A DNA stretch of 22,007 nt from Fonticula alba ATCC 38817 (Eukaryota > Protista > Nucleariida): assembly GCA_000388065.2 (NCBI GenBank), contig KB932232.1, one strand, 5' to 3'. Made by a program: the position numbers and the translations under genes. Under the pieces are notes generated by a model. It saw only the letters and a program-made list of their open reading frames with translations, did no database searches and was not told where the DNA came from. Numbering within the stretch: the first letter of the stretch is position 1; the number at the start of each line of letters is the position of its first letter. Below, piece after piece: positions 1 to 9,544 of this stretch.

Positions 1-67
1 GGCGCGCGCGCGCGCCGGGTTTCCTTGGGCCTCTCAGACCATGTGCTGACCCGGGGGGTGATGAAAA

Positions 68-3055
68 ATGAAACGCAGCGAGGGTGCTCTCAGCTCCGAG
101 GCTGCCAAGGCCGCGCTGCCATTGGAAATTGCGGCGGCCCTGGATCGCGGGGAGTTGGCCCTGGCAGCCAGTCTGATCGCCGGCAGCGAGCACCAGAAGC
201 TGGACACGGCCGATGGCTCAGCCTCACTGGGAGGTACAGACACGATGCTTCAGCCGCTTCGCCAGCGCCTGCTGGCGGCCCTGTCGCAACGCCTACGCGA
301 GACGCTTCTCCTGTCGGCCGAGGCGCTGGACCGGCCGCTGGCTGTGCAACCTGGCGACGCGCTTGCCGACCCATCAACCGGCGCCAGCCCCACCCCAGGC
401 GCCGGCCGCCTCGCCACACCACAAGCCCTGATCCAGGATGCGGCATTGGCCTATCGGTGCCTGTCGGCCCGGCGCCCCGCCGTCGATGCGGCCTTCATCA
501 GCCCGTACACCCAGTTCCTTGTGGCGGTGGCGGCGGCGCGCGCGGCACCGGCAACGAGCGCCTGGCGCCAGCTGGTGACCCAATTCCAGGCCCGCGGGCC
601 GGAGTCCCCCTCCGCCACGCCGCTGCTTGGAGATGCCCTGGCTGCTTGGCTTTTGGGCCAGGTGGCGCCAGGCGGGGCGGTTCCCTCTCTGGCTGCCTGG
701 CTCCAGGCGTCCGGTTTGCTGCCGTCCCCTCGTCGGGATGCCTCCGCCCTGCCTGCATACCCGGGAATCATTTCCAGCTCGCCGATGGACCTGCCCGCCG
801 AGCACTCCCTGCATGACTATTGCATGGCCTTGTTGCGATATGTCTTCCACTCGACGGCTCCGGCGACGGCCGGTCTTCCCCCCGGGGGCGAGGTGGAGTC
901 TGTGGCCCCGGCCTCCGGCGGCCTTTCCTTCTCCGACCTGGCCGCCAAGTTGGACATTGTATGTTGAGTGCCGCCGTGCCATGCTGCTCGTGTGCCTCGC
1001 CCTTCTTTTCGAGGCTCCTCCCCGCTCATGCTCTAACCTTTGTCATGGCCCCCCTCCGGGGGCGGGGCGGATGGACGCGCGAATGATCGCGGCACAGCAT
1101 GCGGCCACAGCCATCATGTCCTCACTCAAGTTGCAGTATGTTTTCCTCTCCCTCGGGCCCGACTTTGCTCGACTGGACCTGGCCCAGGAGATGGGCTTCG
1201 TGACTGGGGTCTGTCACCGGGTGGCTCTCCCCCGGTGGGGGGATTCCCCGGACGCTTGCTGCCCGGTGCCGCTCTCCGGCACGGAACACTTGCTGCTGGA
1301 GTCGGCCAAGTGCGTGCCTAGCCGTTGCATGACATGCTATCGCCCTCCCTCACTCCCTCCTTTCCCCCTCGCCATACCGTCACCCCTTTTCTGCCTCACG
1401 GGACCTGACCGCCATGTTGCCATTTGAACAGACCCTTGCTGGCGAATTACTTGACGCTCGAACGAGCTGAGACGCGAAATCTGCTGCTCCTGCTGGTTCG
1501 AGAGATGGGCAGCCCTTCGTCCGGCATTGCCGAGCCTGTCCTTCTGGCCGGGTCCATCACTCCAGTCAGGCCTCGTGAGGGGGAAGCCACCTCGGCCTTC
1601 GAGTACCTCCAGCGCCTCTACCGAGCGGCTGAGTCTCCCTATGCTTTTTGCTTCAGCGCGTGCGTGACTCTCTCCCTCTCTCTCTCTCTCTCTCTCTTGT
1701 TCTCGCTCTCTCGCTTTCTCTCTCCCTCTCTCTCTCGCTCTCTCCCGTTCTCTTTCTCCATGTCCCCCCTCACACACACCTTTTCCTTTTGGTCATCTCT
1801 TGCTGCCTTTCGCTGTTTGGGCCACCCCCTGTCCTTGCTGCTGATACGCCCATGTGCAGCTTCAACCACCTGAGCGAGTATGCGATGCAACGTCTCCGGC
1901 GCATCTCTTGTGGAGTGCAGATCTCCCAGACTCTTTCAGTTTTAAGCACGGCCCTTCTCGGTGCGTCCCCCCCCCCCTCCCCGGCTACCTGGGTCATTTC
2001 TGTTTCCCACCTGACCAATCTAACACCCGGGACTATGCGCCGGTGCCTGAAGCTACCCTCCTTCGTGCGATTCTCGAGGTCGAGGCATACACTCTCCCGC
2101 CATCGGCCTTCGCCCGGGCCACTCGGGGTCAGAGCTTCCCCGCCCTGGCCGGGCTGCCTCGACAGCATGTTCACACCGCCATCGAGGGGGGCTCATGCAT
2201 CGGGCAGTACTTGGTCCCGCGGTTTTTGGTCCCAGCCGCGGAGCGGGTCCCGGTCGGCGGGCTCAACAGCCAGCTGGCCTCCATCGGCATGGTTTTGCAA
2301 GACGTGGCCGGGGGGCTTGGCACCGACATCGTGCATGGGTTTGCCTCGGCCAATGGCCAGCCAGCCGACATCGACTTCAGCCTGGTGGAGGCCGCATCGC
2401 GTAGCGGCCTGGATCAGAGCATGGCCTTCCTGCGGGCCTTCCGCCAGCATGCCGTGCCTCATATCACCCTTCCGGAAGCCCTGAAGGCTGCCTTTTCCGT
2501 GCGTGCCAATGGGTCACTGTGGCTCCCGGGACTTGCTCCCCTTTGCTGACCCACGAGCGCCTCTCATTCGTCTCTCCCTGTCTCTCTCTCTCTCTCCCAT
2601 TCTCCTTCGCTTGCCCCAGGAACGCGAGTTCGACACCCTGGGTGCCTTGCTCCAAACATCCAACGACTTTGGCTCACCGGACCTTCGTCTCAAGAGCTGG
2701 ATTTCCAAGATTCGCACCCTCCTGCCGAACTCCGATACCGACCTGGTACGTGCACTTAGCCACGCACATCGAGGGAGGACGAGAGACATGCTTACAGTTC
2801 CGGTCTTCCTTCTTCTCGGCTTCTCTCCGTCCCTGGCGCTTGGCGGCCATCCCTCTCACACACAACCACGTCCCATTCTGTCCGCCAGCTTCGGCGACTG
2901 CTGGCATCTTCCGAGGGATCGGCCTTCAGTGGTCCCACCAGTCGGCCAGAACTCTCGGCTATCATCGAAATCTGCGATTGGGCTGTCTTGCGCGCGCAGA
3001 ATTCCGCCATTCTGGCAATTGTCATGCCGGTGCTGTCGGCGCTCTCCGGTTCGTG

Positions 3056-3088
<33 letters not shown>

Positions 3089-4486
3089 TGCGCATACATC
3101 TATATATAGCATCCCTTTCGACTCTCCCGCCGCTTTGGCCTCCCTGTCGGCCCCATCTCATGTGTGCTCACCGATGGTTTGGTATGGCCCTCGTAATTCG
3201 CGGGGGGGGGGTGGGTGGTCCTCTCTCATCCAAAGGCGTTCTGAAGGCCGGCAAGTGGCAGCCCGGTGGCGCGCTGTCGGGAGATGATGTGCCTGCTCCA
3301 TCGGACCTGGTGACCAGTGCCGGGCAGCACCTCCTCCAGGTGCCCGACATGCTGGACCCCTATGATGCACCCTTCTTCAATGCCACCGAGGAAGGGGGTG
3401 ATCTATTCGGTGTGCCCGATCCCCGCGAGGAGCAGGGCACTGTGACCGACAGCTTTGGTCAGGCTCGCGTTCCGGTGGAGGACAGCTGTCCTCGACCTGG
3501 TCGTCTGGCCATCCTCTCTTTCCGGGCTGATCTTCTTCGTGGACAGCTGGCTGCCGCGTCCTCTGCGCCCGGCAGCCTGACCGGTGCCAGTGCCGCGGAG
3601 GAAGATCCCGCCGCTCAGCCTGCCGATGCCGGGGACTATTTGGACGTTTGGATCAAGACGGTATGCTTGGCAGTGGCCGATGCCTGTCGGAATGCAGCCA
3701 TCTTTTCACAAGTACGCACCCCAAGCCCGAGAGCGGCGCTGCCCCNNNNNNNNNNNNNNNNNNNNNNNNNNNNNNNNNNTCTGCGCCCGGCAGCCTGACC
3801 GGTGCCAGTGCCGCGGAGGAAGATCCCGCCGCTCAGCCTGCCGATGCCGGGGACTATTTGGACGTTTGGATCAAGACGGTATGCTTGGCAGTGGCCGATG
3901 CCTGTCGGAATGCAGCCATCTTTTCACAAGTACGCACCCCAAGCCCGAGAGCGGCGCTGCCCCAAAGACATCACTGTGCCGCCTCTCTGACCCGCATGCC
4001 GCCCGTCATCGGGCCCTCTTCGATGCTTGGGCGATCGATAGAAGCTGGCTGGAGAGGCCTCCTCGCCGAGCTTGCAAATGGTTGCGGACATTCGGGTACG
4101 TCCGCGTCTTGGCTCGGTGTTCTTCACCCCTCCCGCCTGCCCGCCCCCTGCCCGCCCCCAAGCAATGATGCCAATTTACTCATACGCGCGGACTAGATGG
4201 GAAAGGAAACGTCTGAACTCCAGTCACGCTTGGGCGATCGATAGAAGCTGGCTGGAGAGGCCTCCTCGCCGAGCTTGCAAATGGTTGCGGACATTCGGGT
4301 ACGTCCGCGTCTTGGCTCGGTGTTCTTCACCCCTCCCGCCTGCCCGCCCCCTGCCCGCCCCCAAGCAATGATGCCAATTTACTCATACGCGCGGACTCTC
4401 GGTTGAAGTATATTTGCAACCTTCTCCGGGCTCTCGGATCCGATATCTCAGCCGACGATATCATTGATGGTGTTGCTCATGCCTAA
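68..4486 (+). CDS. COG7: COG7-like conserved oligomeric Golgi complex subunit (CATCHR family), 10 exons, about 920 aa within the window, probably 5'-partial
   Basis: Phase-consistent exons: 68(or 79)-958, 1098-1309, 1432-1659, 1860-1960, 2053-2498, 2620-2745, 2889-3048, 3236-3711, 4042-4095, 4409-4486 (TAA), after collapsing two artefactual duplications (3562-3745=3780-3963; 4025-4194=4228-4397). All introns are GT-AG. The C-terminal motifs PSDLVTSAGQHLLQVPDMLDP, DVWIKTVCLAV and LQMVADIRYICNLLRALG resemble, from recall, the COG7 motifs (Y-I/V-T-x-V-G-E/Q-Y-L-L-x-L-P...LEP; D-x-W-L; QLATDIDYLINVMDALG). A branch-like GCTGAC (45-50) plus CAG (76-78) suggests exon 1 really starts at 79 and the gene begins upstream of the window. 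The gene structure is more secure than the identity. Confidence 0.55.
1669..1744 (+). repeat. Imperfect (CT)n microsatellite in intron 3 of the COG7-like gene
   Basis: CTCTCTCC...CTCTCTCGCTCTCTC run, read directly. Confidence 0.85.
3056..3088 (+). repeat. Compound (TC)n-(CA)9 microsatellite in intron 7 of the COG7-like gene
   Basis: Read directly. Confidence 0.85.
3562..3963. repeat. Identical 184-bp direct duplication (3562-3745 and 3780-3963) flanking a 34-N gap; probable unmerged contig overlap
   Basis: Both copies run from TCTGCGCCCGGCAGCC to GGCGCTGCCCC and abut the Ns exactly. Confidence 0.9.
3746..3779. other. Assembly gap (34 N)
   Basis: N run. Confidence 1.
4025..4397. repeat. Identical 170-bp direct duplication (4025-4194 and 4228-4397) separated by a 33-bp adapter-like insert
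   Basis: Both copies run from GCTTGGGCGATCGATAG to CATACGCGCGGACT, with offset 203. Confidence 0.9.
4195..4227 (+). other. Illumina TruSeq adapter remnant (sequencing/assembly contamination)
   Basis: AGATGGGAAAGGAAACGTCTGAACTCCAGTCAC versus the adapter AGATCGGAAGAGCACACGTCTGAACTCCAGTCAC: the last 19 nt (4209-4227) and the first 4 nt are identical. Confidence 0.9.
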
Positions 4487-4775
4487 GGAGGCACAGGCCC
4501 GGGATCTTTGTGCCTCGCCGGCAGCCACAACCAATATACCCATTCTTTCGAGGGACACGCTCGCTGTCTTTTTCCCTCTCTCCCTCTCCCAACTCAGCCT
4601 CCCCAAGCCGGGGCTGAGCAACGCCAGTATCCACCCTGTGAAGTCCATGCATTGGATCCTCGGGCCAAATCCAGGACGGCTCATTGCTGCTTGGACATAG
4701 GGGAGACGGGGGTCGAAGGCGGAACGGGAAAGTCGAGGAGAGGTGACATGATGTGTGGGTGCGTGCACAGACGAA

Positions 4776-4783
<8 letters not shown>

Positions 4784-4815
<32 letters not shown>
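4784..4815. repeat. (GA)16 microsatellite just downstream of the VPS1 stop
   Basis: Pure GA run, read directly. Confidence 0.9.
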
Positions 4816-4818
<3 letters not shown>

Positions 4819-4832
4819 GGATCCATCGCCCT

Positions 4833-7576
4833 TTAGACGGTGGAAAGGACCTCATCCGCCTTGCGCAGGGCGTTCACCAGGGCCAGGGTGTCCCGGCGGC
4901 GCTGGACAATCTCCGGGGCCTCCTGCAGGCAGGACCCCACCCAGTTGTCGCGATACACCTCGGCGATCATCTCCCCCTGCAGGGAGTCCTTGGTGAAGTT
5001 GACCAAATGCAGCATGATGGACTTCGGCACAATGTCCGAGATGGTCATGCGCACGATGCTGAAGTAGGACGACACCAGCTCCTTGATGACCTCGATCTCC
5101 AGCTGCTCGCGAGAGGACATGGCCCCGGTGGCCTCGAGCTTGGCCGGCGGACCGTTGAGCACCAACGTGCCGTTGGCGGTAACCGACGTCCCCTCGGCAC
5201 CCTGGATGCCGCCGAAGAAGTCGGCATTGCTGATGGCCGGCGCGCCGGTGCCACTGACGGGCGCCTGCGGGGCGGGGTACTGCGGGGGCGGCCGAGTCGG
5301 CAGAGCGGGCGCACTCTGAGCACCCTGCTGCCCGGGCTGCTGAGCCGGCTGCTGCTGGGCCGGCTGCTGCTGGGCCGGCTGCTGCTGGGCCGGCTGCTCA
5401 GGCGCCGGGGCACGGTTCCCAAACAGCCGCTGGTTGGCAATCGTCATGGCCCGGTGGCCAGTGATGAAGTGCGGGTGGGCGGTATTAATGTAGCTGGCCT
5501 CGGCCCGGATGATGTCCCCCACCAGGCGGTTGGTGGGCTCCAGGGCGGTCTTCAGGAAGTTCATGTAGGCCGAGCGGAACTTCGTCCGGAGCAGCGGATA
5601 CCGCATGAAGACACGCTGCTTCTCCTCCACAGCATGGAGAATGCGCGTGAGCTCATTGAACACAAGGCCGACACACTTGAGCGAGGGCTCGGTCAGGCGC
5701 TCGATTTGCTGACGAACCAGAATCTCGAACGACTGGCCGCTGACAAAGAGATTGGGCGAGGAGCCCTGGGTGGCAGCAAGAGAAAAGGAACAGACGAAGC
5801 GGGAGGAGGCGCGGGGAGGGGGGAGGGGGGAGGGGGAAGAGTCAGACGTGTCGGAGGGAGGCGGATAAAGAAGAGTAACCGGAGGAGGAACAGCAGGAGG
5901 AGAAGAAGGGGAAAGCAGGAGAAAAAGTGGGCAGCGGGATTCCAACAAAGCGACAAGCCAGAATGACCAGCCGGCGTCCCCACATACCGAGGTGTTGTAC
6001 AGCAGCGTCCGGATGTCATGGTCCTTGATGGTCTCAAAGGGGTCCAGCACACGGACATTCGTGGCAAAGATCTGGTGCAGGACGAAGCTGATGCGCGCGC
6101 CGCCGGAGAGCTCCTTGTTCGGCAGGCTGGACGACTGGCCGTCGAGGATGGTGCGGAATTCGTGGCAGAAGTCCGAGATCAGGGTCAGGATAATGTTGCT
6201 GCCCTGGGCATCGGAGGACATGGCTGACGCATCGTGCTCCGAGTGGCCGAGCTCGGTCAGACGGTTGCGCTGGATCACCAGCTGTTGCTGGATCTTGGCA
6301 CGAAGCTCCGGCATGGTCACGCGGATGTGATGCGTCAGGATGTGGTTCAGCTTGGTCGTCAGGAAGGGAGTGCCGCAATACTGGGCCCGATTGGAGTAGG
6401 AAGAGTGGTTCTCGAAGAAGCGCCGCTCGAAATCCAGCGCATCGCGAATGGACTTGGCCGAATCGATGTCCCGCTGGGCGCGGTTGACCACCGGCACATA
6501 GCCCAACTGCAGGGGGACCACCTTGCCGGCCAGGATGTCCAACACGTCGGTGCCCTTGTCCATGATGTCGATCTTGGTCAGCACACCGATGGTGCGCTCG
6601 CCCTTCGGGTCCACCTGCCGGGCCAGGTTCAGCGCATCCGAGTTGGCCAGATCCGTGTTGGCAGCCGTCACAGCCAGGATGATGGCATTCTTGCGGTTGA
6701 TGTAGTTGATGCACATGTTCCGGATCTGTGCCTCGATATCGCTGGGCTGGTCGCCAACCGGGACCTTGGTCATGCCGGGCAGATCCACCAGGGTCAAGTT
6801 CAGGACATTGGGCGAGACAATCTTCAGGTGGATGGGCAGGGGCGAGACACCTGGGCACGAAGCGAGGGAGGCAGGGGGGGGGGGGGCAGAGGGAGGCGGA
6901 GGAAGCAAGTCAGGTGGGCGAAATACCGGCGAGCGCGTTCAACGATCGTGTGTGCGTGTGTATGTGTGTGTGTGTGTGTGTGCATATGTATCAAACCAAC
7001 GCCGATCGGACAAGAGCCGGGACAGAAGAAGGGAAGTGGGCAGAGGGGACCCAGGTGCATCATGGAAAAGCAGGGCATGAGAGCAACATACCCTTGTCAC
7101 CGCGGGTCTTTTCGTCCGTGTCCCGGATGATCTCCTCGCGAATCTGGCCAAAGTCGGTGAAGACCTTGCCTGGGAGGTGGTGGAACTCACCGAACTCCTC
7201 GGCCGGGGCCGGCTGCCCGGAGCTGGTCTTCGCGGTGCCGGGCTTGGCGTGCACCAACTGCAGGACCAGAGGCCGGCGGGTGACGATCCCGGTACCACGC
7301 GGAAGGAAGTCACGCCCGACGATGTTCTCCAGGACGGAACTCTTGCCGGAACTCTGGCTACACATGACAACGCCAGTGAGAAGGGGGGGGGGGGGGGCGG
7401 GGTGAGAGGGGAATAGCAGGGTGGAGACGGAGAGGGAAGCAAAGGGCAACCATCTAGGTGGTCCAAAGTACGCACGCGCCGATGACCGCGATCTGGGGCA
7501 GATCAATGACATTCGGGAGTCCGGCCGAGAGAGTCACGTCTTGGAGACGATTGATCAGAGGGATGAGGGTGTCCAT
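4833..7576 (-). CDS. VPS1: Dynamin-related GTPase, Vps1 type, 4 exons, 720 aa
   Basis: Exons 7576-7476, 7357-7092, 6850-5988, 5765-4833 (2163 nt, phases consistent). G1 [17 protein letters not shown]2 [14 protein letters not shown]3 [17 protein letters not shown]4 GVLTKID. The middle domain [11 protein letters not shown]...[28 protein letters not shown] and [20 protein letters not shown] are Vps1-like rather than Dnm1-like. C-terminal [32 protein letters not shown]. No PH or PRD domain. Confidence 0.9.
5344..5398 (-). repeat. Coding 15-bp minisatellite (GCCGGCTGCTGCTGG, about 3.7 copies) encoding QQPAQ repeats in Vps1
   Basis: Units start at 5344, 5359, 5374 and 5389. The protein reads [25 protein letters not shown]. 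Confidence 0.9.
6948..6982. repeat. Imperfect (GT)n microsatellite in VPS1 intron 2 ((CA)n on the sense strand)
   Basis: Read directly. Confidence 0.85.
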
Positions 7577-8341
7577 GGTGTGTCGGAGGCGGGGTAGCAA
7601 AAGGGGGGAGGGGAGAGCCAGAGAGAGGGAGAGAGAGAGAGGGGGGGGGAGGGAGGGAGGGAGGGAGGGAGGGAGGGAGGCCTGTCTGTCGACGGAGTCG
7701 GTGGGTTGATTCCTGTGAGGAGGCCGCGGGCACCATACCGCCCCTTGGACTCAGGATTCACCAGCCCCCAATCCCCCAGGAGAGGGGTTGCCCTCTCCGG
7801 GAAGGGGTCGCGAAGGCTCTCCGGCCCCGCCCGGGCGGGTGCCCCCTTTCTGTTTGCTCCAGGAACACCCCGGCTGGCCGGAGAAAATGCCCCCCCCCCC
7901 CCCCCCCCGCATACACACTTACAAACCCAAGCCGCTCCCCGCGCGCCCCCAGCTCGCCGACCTGCCAGCCCACCACCCGTAGGCAGGGCGGCGAACACAC
8001 AGGTCCACAACCGGGGAGATGCCTGCCCCGATCACCAACTCGGAGAGAGCAGGAGGGCGTCAACAAAAGCGAGAACAGCTTCCTCAACAACACCAGCTCG
8101 CCGGACATAGACCCCCACCAGGGAAGGGGGCCCGGTGTAAACTGCTGAGGGGCCCCAGGAAGGCCGGTCATGCCCGCGGAACAAGGAGCGACACAGGCAT
8201 TTAGGTTGGAAGTGTGATCATGTTGCGGTGGGAGTTGACATTCGGAAAGCTGCCCACTGTCGGTTGATCGAGAGAGGACAGGGAAAGGACATTAAAAGAG
8301 GTGGGGGGGGGGCGGGCACATACAGCAGGGATTGGAGCAAG

Positions 8342-9037
8342 CTAATCGGCCTTGGTGCGGGCGATGTGGGATCCGTCGGGCGCGGGGGGTGCTGCTGCCT
8401 CGGCCGCGCCAGTTCCCCGGGTGACCAAGGTTGCCCCAAGCCCGGCGACTGCCGCCCCGATCGCCCAGCGCCATGGGTGTCCCAGCCGCTCACCGAGGAG
8501 CAGGCGCGACAGGAGAGCCTGATCAGGGTACAGTGTGTCGAGGGCGTGTGCATTCGAGTAGATCCCGGAGTAATATTTCCGGGGGGGAGGGAGAGAGAGA
8601 GAGAGGGAGGGAGGGAGGGAGAGAGAAGTAAGACAAATGGGGGGGCGGGAACTTGCTCGACCGCAAGGATTTCCAACATCGGTGGAGAGGGGCAAAGGAG
8701 GGGGGAGAGAGAGACATACCGAGAAAACGGTATTGGCAACCAGCGTGACCACAGCCGCGGCGGAGCTCGAGGGCTCGGGAGACTTCTCGCGGCTGGCGGG
8801 GTCCCGCGGTGCCGATGCCACGGAGGCCGTGTGGAACCACCACATGGCAGCATTCAGGGCAAAATGCAGGCCATACAAAGCCAGCGAGGGAAAGACCTCC
8901 TGCAGGGCGGCCATCCCGCCGGACTTCAACACCGCCACCGGGTCACCGGGGAACAGTCGCGCCGCGAGGGCCAGCACTACGCCGGCTCCGGCGCCACAGA
9001 CCCCAGCCAGGAAGGCCAGGACTTTGGGCGAAGTCAT
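8342..9037 (-). CDS. TMEM42: TMEM42-like small multi-pass membrane protein (DMT/EamA-like), 2 exons, 164 aa
   Basis: Exons 9037-8720 and 8518-8342, with a phase-0 intron (GTATGT...CAG). The spliced sequence LNAAMWWFHTAS...SSAAAVVTLVANTVFS|[10 protein letters not shown]...WRWAIGAAVAGLGATLV matches the TMEM42 pattern (N-x-x-MW, S-N-x-x-x-S-A-x-L-G-x-x-L-x-GE, WWxG) and its length. Confidence 0.75.
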   Translation of the reverse strand: MTSPKVLAFLAGVCGAGAGVVLALAARLFPGDPVAVLKSGGMAALQEVFPSLALYGLHFALNAAMWWFHTASVASAPRDPASREKSPEPSSSAAAVVTLVANTVFSVCLSLPPPLPLSTDVGNPCGRASSRPPICLTSLSLPPSLSLSLPPPRKYYSGIYSNAHALDTLYPDQALLSRLLLGERLGHPWRWAIGAAVAGLGATLVTRGTGAAEAAAPPAPDGSHIARTKAD

Positions 9038-9448
9038 CGCGCGGAGAAAGGGGAAAGCGGGAGCCACGAATTGAGGAGGGGCGAAAAAAAAAAGCCACGG
9101 AACAGGGGAGGTGGGCAAAGAAGCATCAAGATAAAAAGATAGCCAAAGGAGCTGATCTACTGGTTTCCCCACATAGGCGGTATTTTATTTGGAGCATTGT
9201 CCACATTCTACAGGGCCCCAAGCGCGCCCTCCTCCTCCTCCTCCAACCACCATCTTCCCACTTCGCCCTCACGTAGGTGCGATCAAGGCCCATCGGGAGT
9301 GTGGTGTCGCCCATCGCCCGCCAAAAGGGGGACACCTCTCACCCATGCGAAAAGTGCGAAAGGGACGCATCGGGCAAGGTGAGTGCCAACGTATGAGGCC
9401 TCAAGAGTGGTGATCGGGCTTGACAAGGGGCCCATCGGGGATGGCCGG

Positions 9449-9501
9449 GTGTATGCGTGCGTGTGCGTGTGCGTGTGCGTGCGCGTGTGCGTGTGCGCGC
9501 G
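9449..9501. repeat. Alternating purine-pyrimidine (GTGCGT-type) repeat, about 53 bp
   Basis: GTGTATGCGTGCGTGTGCGTGTGCGT...GCGCGCG with unbroken R/Y alternation. Confidence 0.85.
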
Positions 9502-9544
9502 AGCAGCAGCACTACAATCCCCGGCGGTCAAAGAGGCGGTCCAC

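Noticed and set aside
1-16. Perfect palindrome GGCGCGCGCGCGCGCC
   Set aside because: A trivial consequence of a (GC)n run at the window edge.
2019-2052. Apparent non-AG acceptor (CTAAC-ACCCGG) in intron 4 of the COG7-like gene
   Set aside because: A CGG end at 2030 gives the wrong phase. The canonical AAG at 2050-2052 gives the required phase 1.
4025-4397. Repeat-spacer-repeat layout superficially like a CRISPR unit or a transposon target-site duplication
   Set aside because: The repeats are 170 bp of host exon and intron sequence, there are only two copies, and the spacer is an Illumina adapter.
7758-8171. Minus-strand ORF with a GTAAGT donor-like site at 7922
   Set aside because: No recognisable protein. 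The donor has +4A, unlike all 24 real donors, and is followed by poly-G rather than the C/T-rich intron body typical here.
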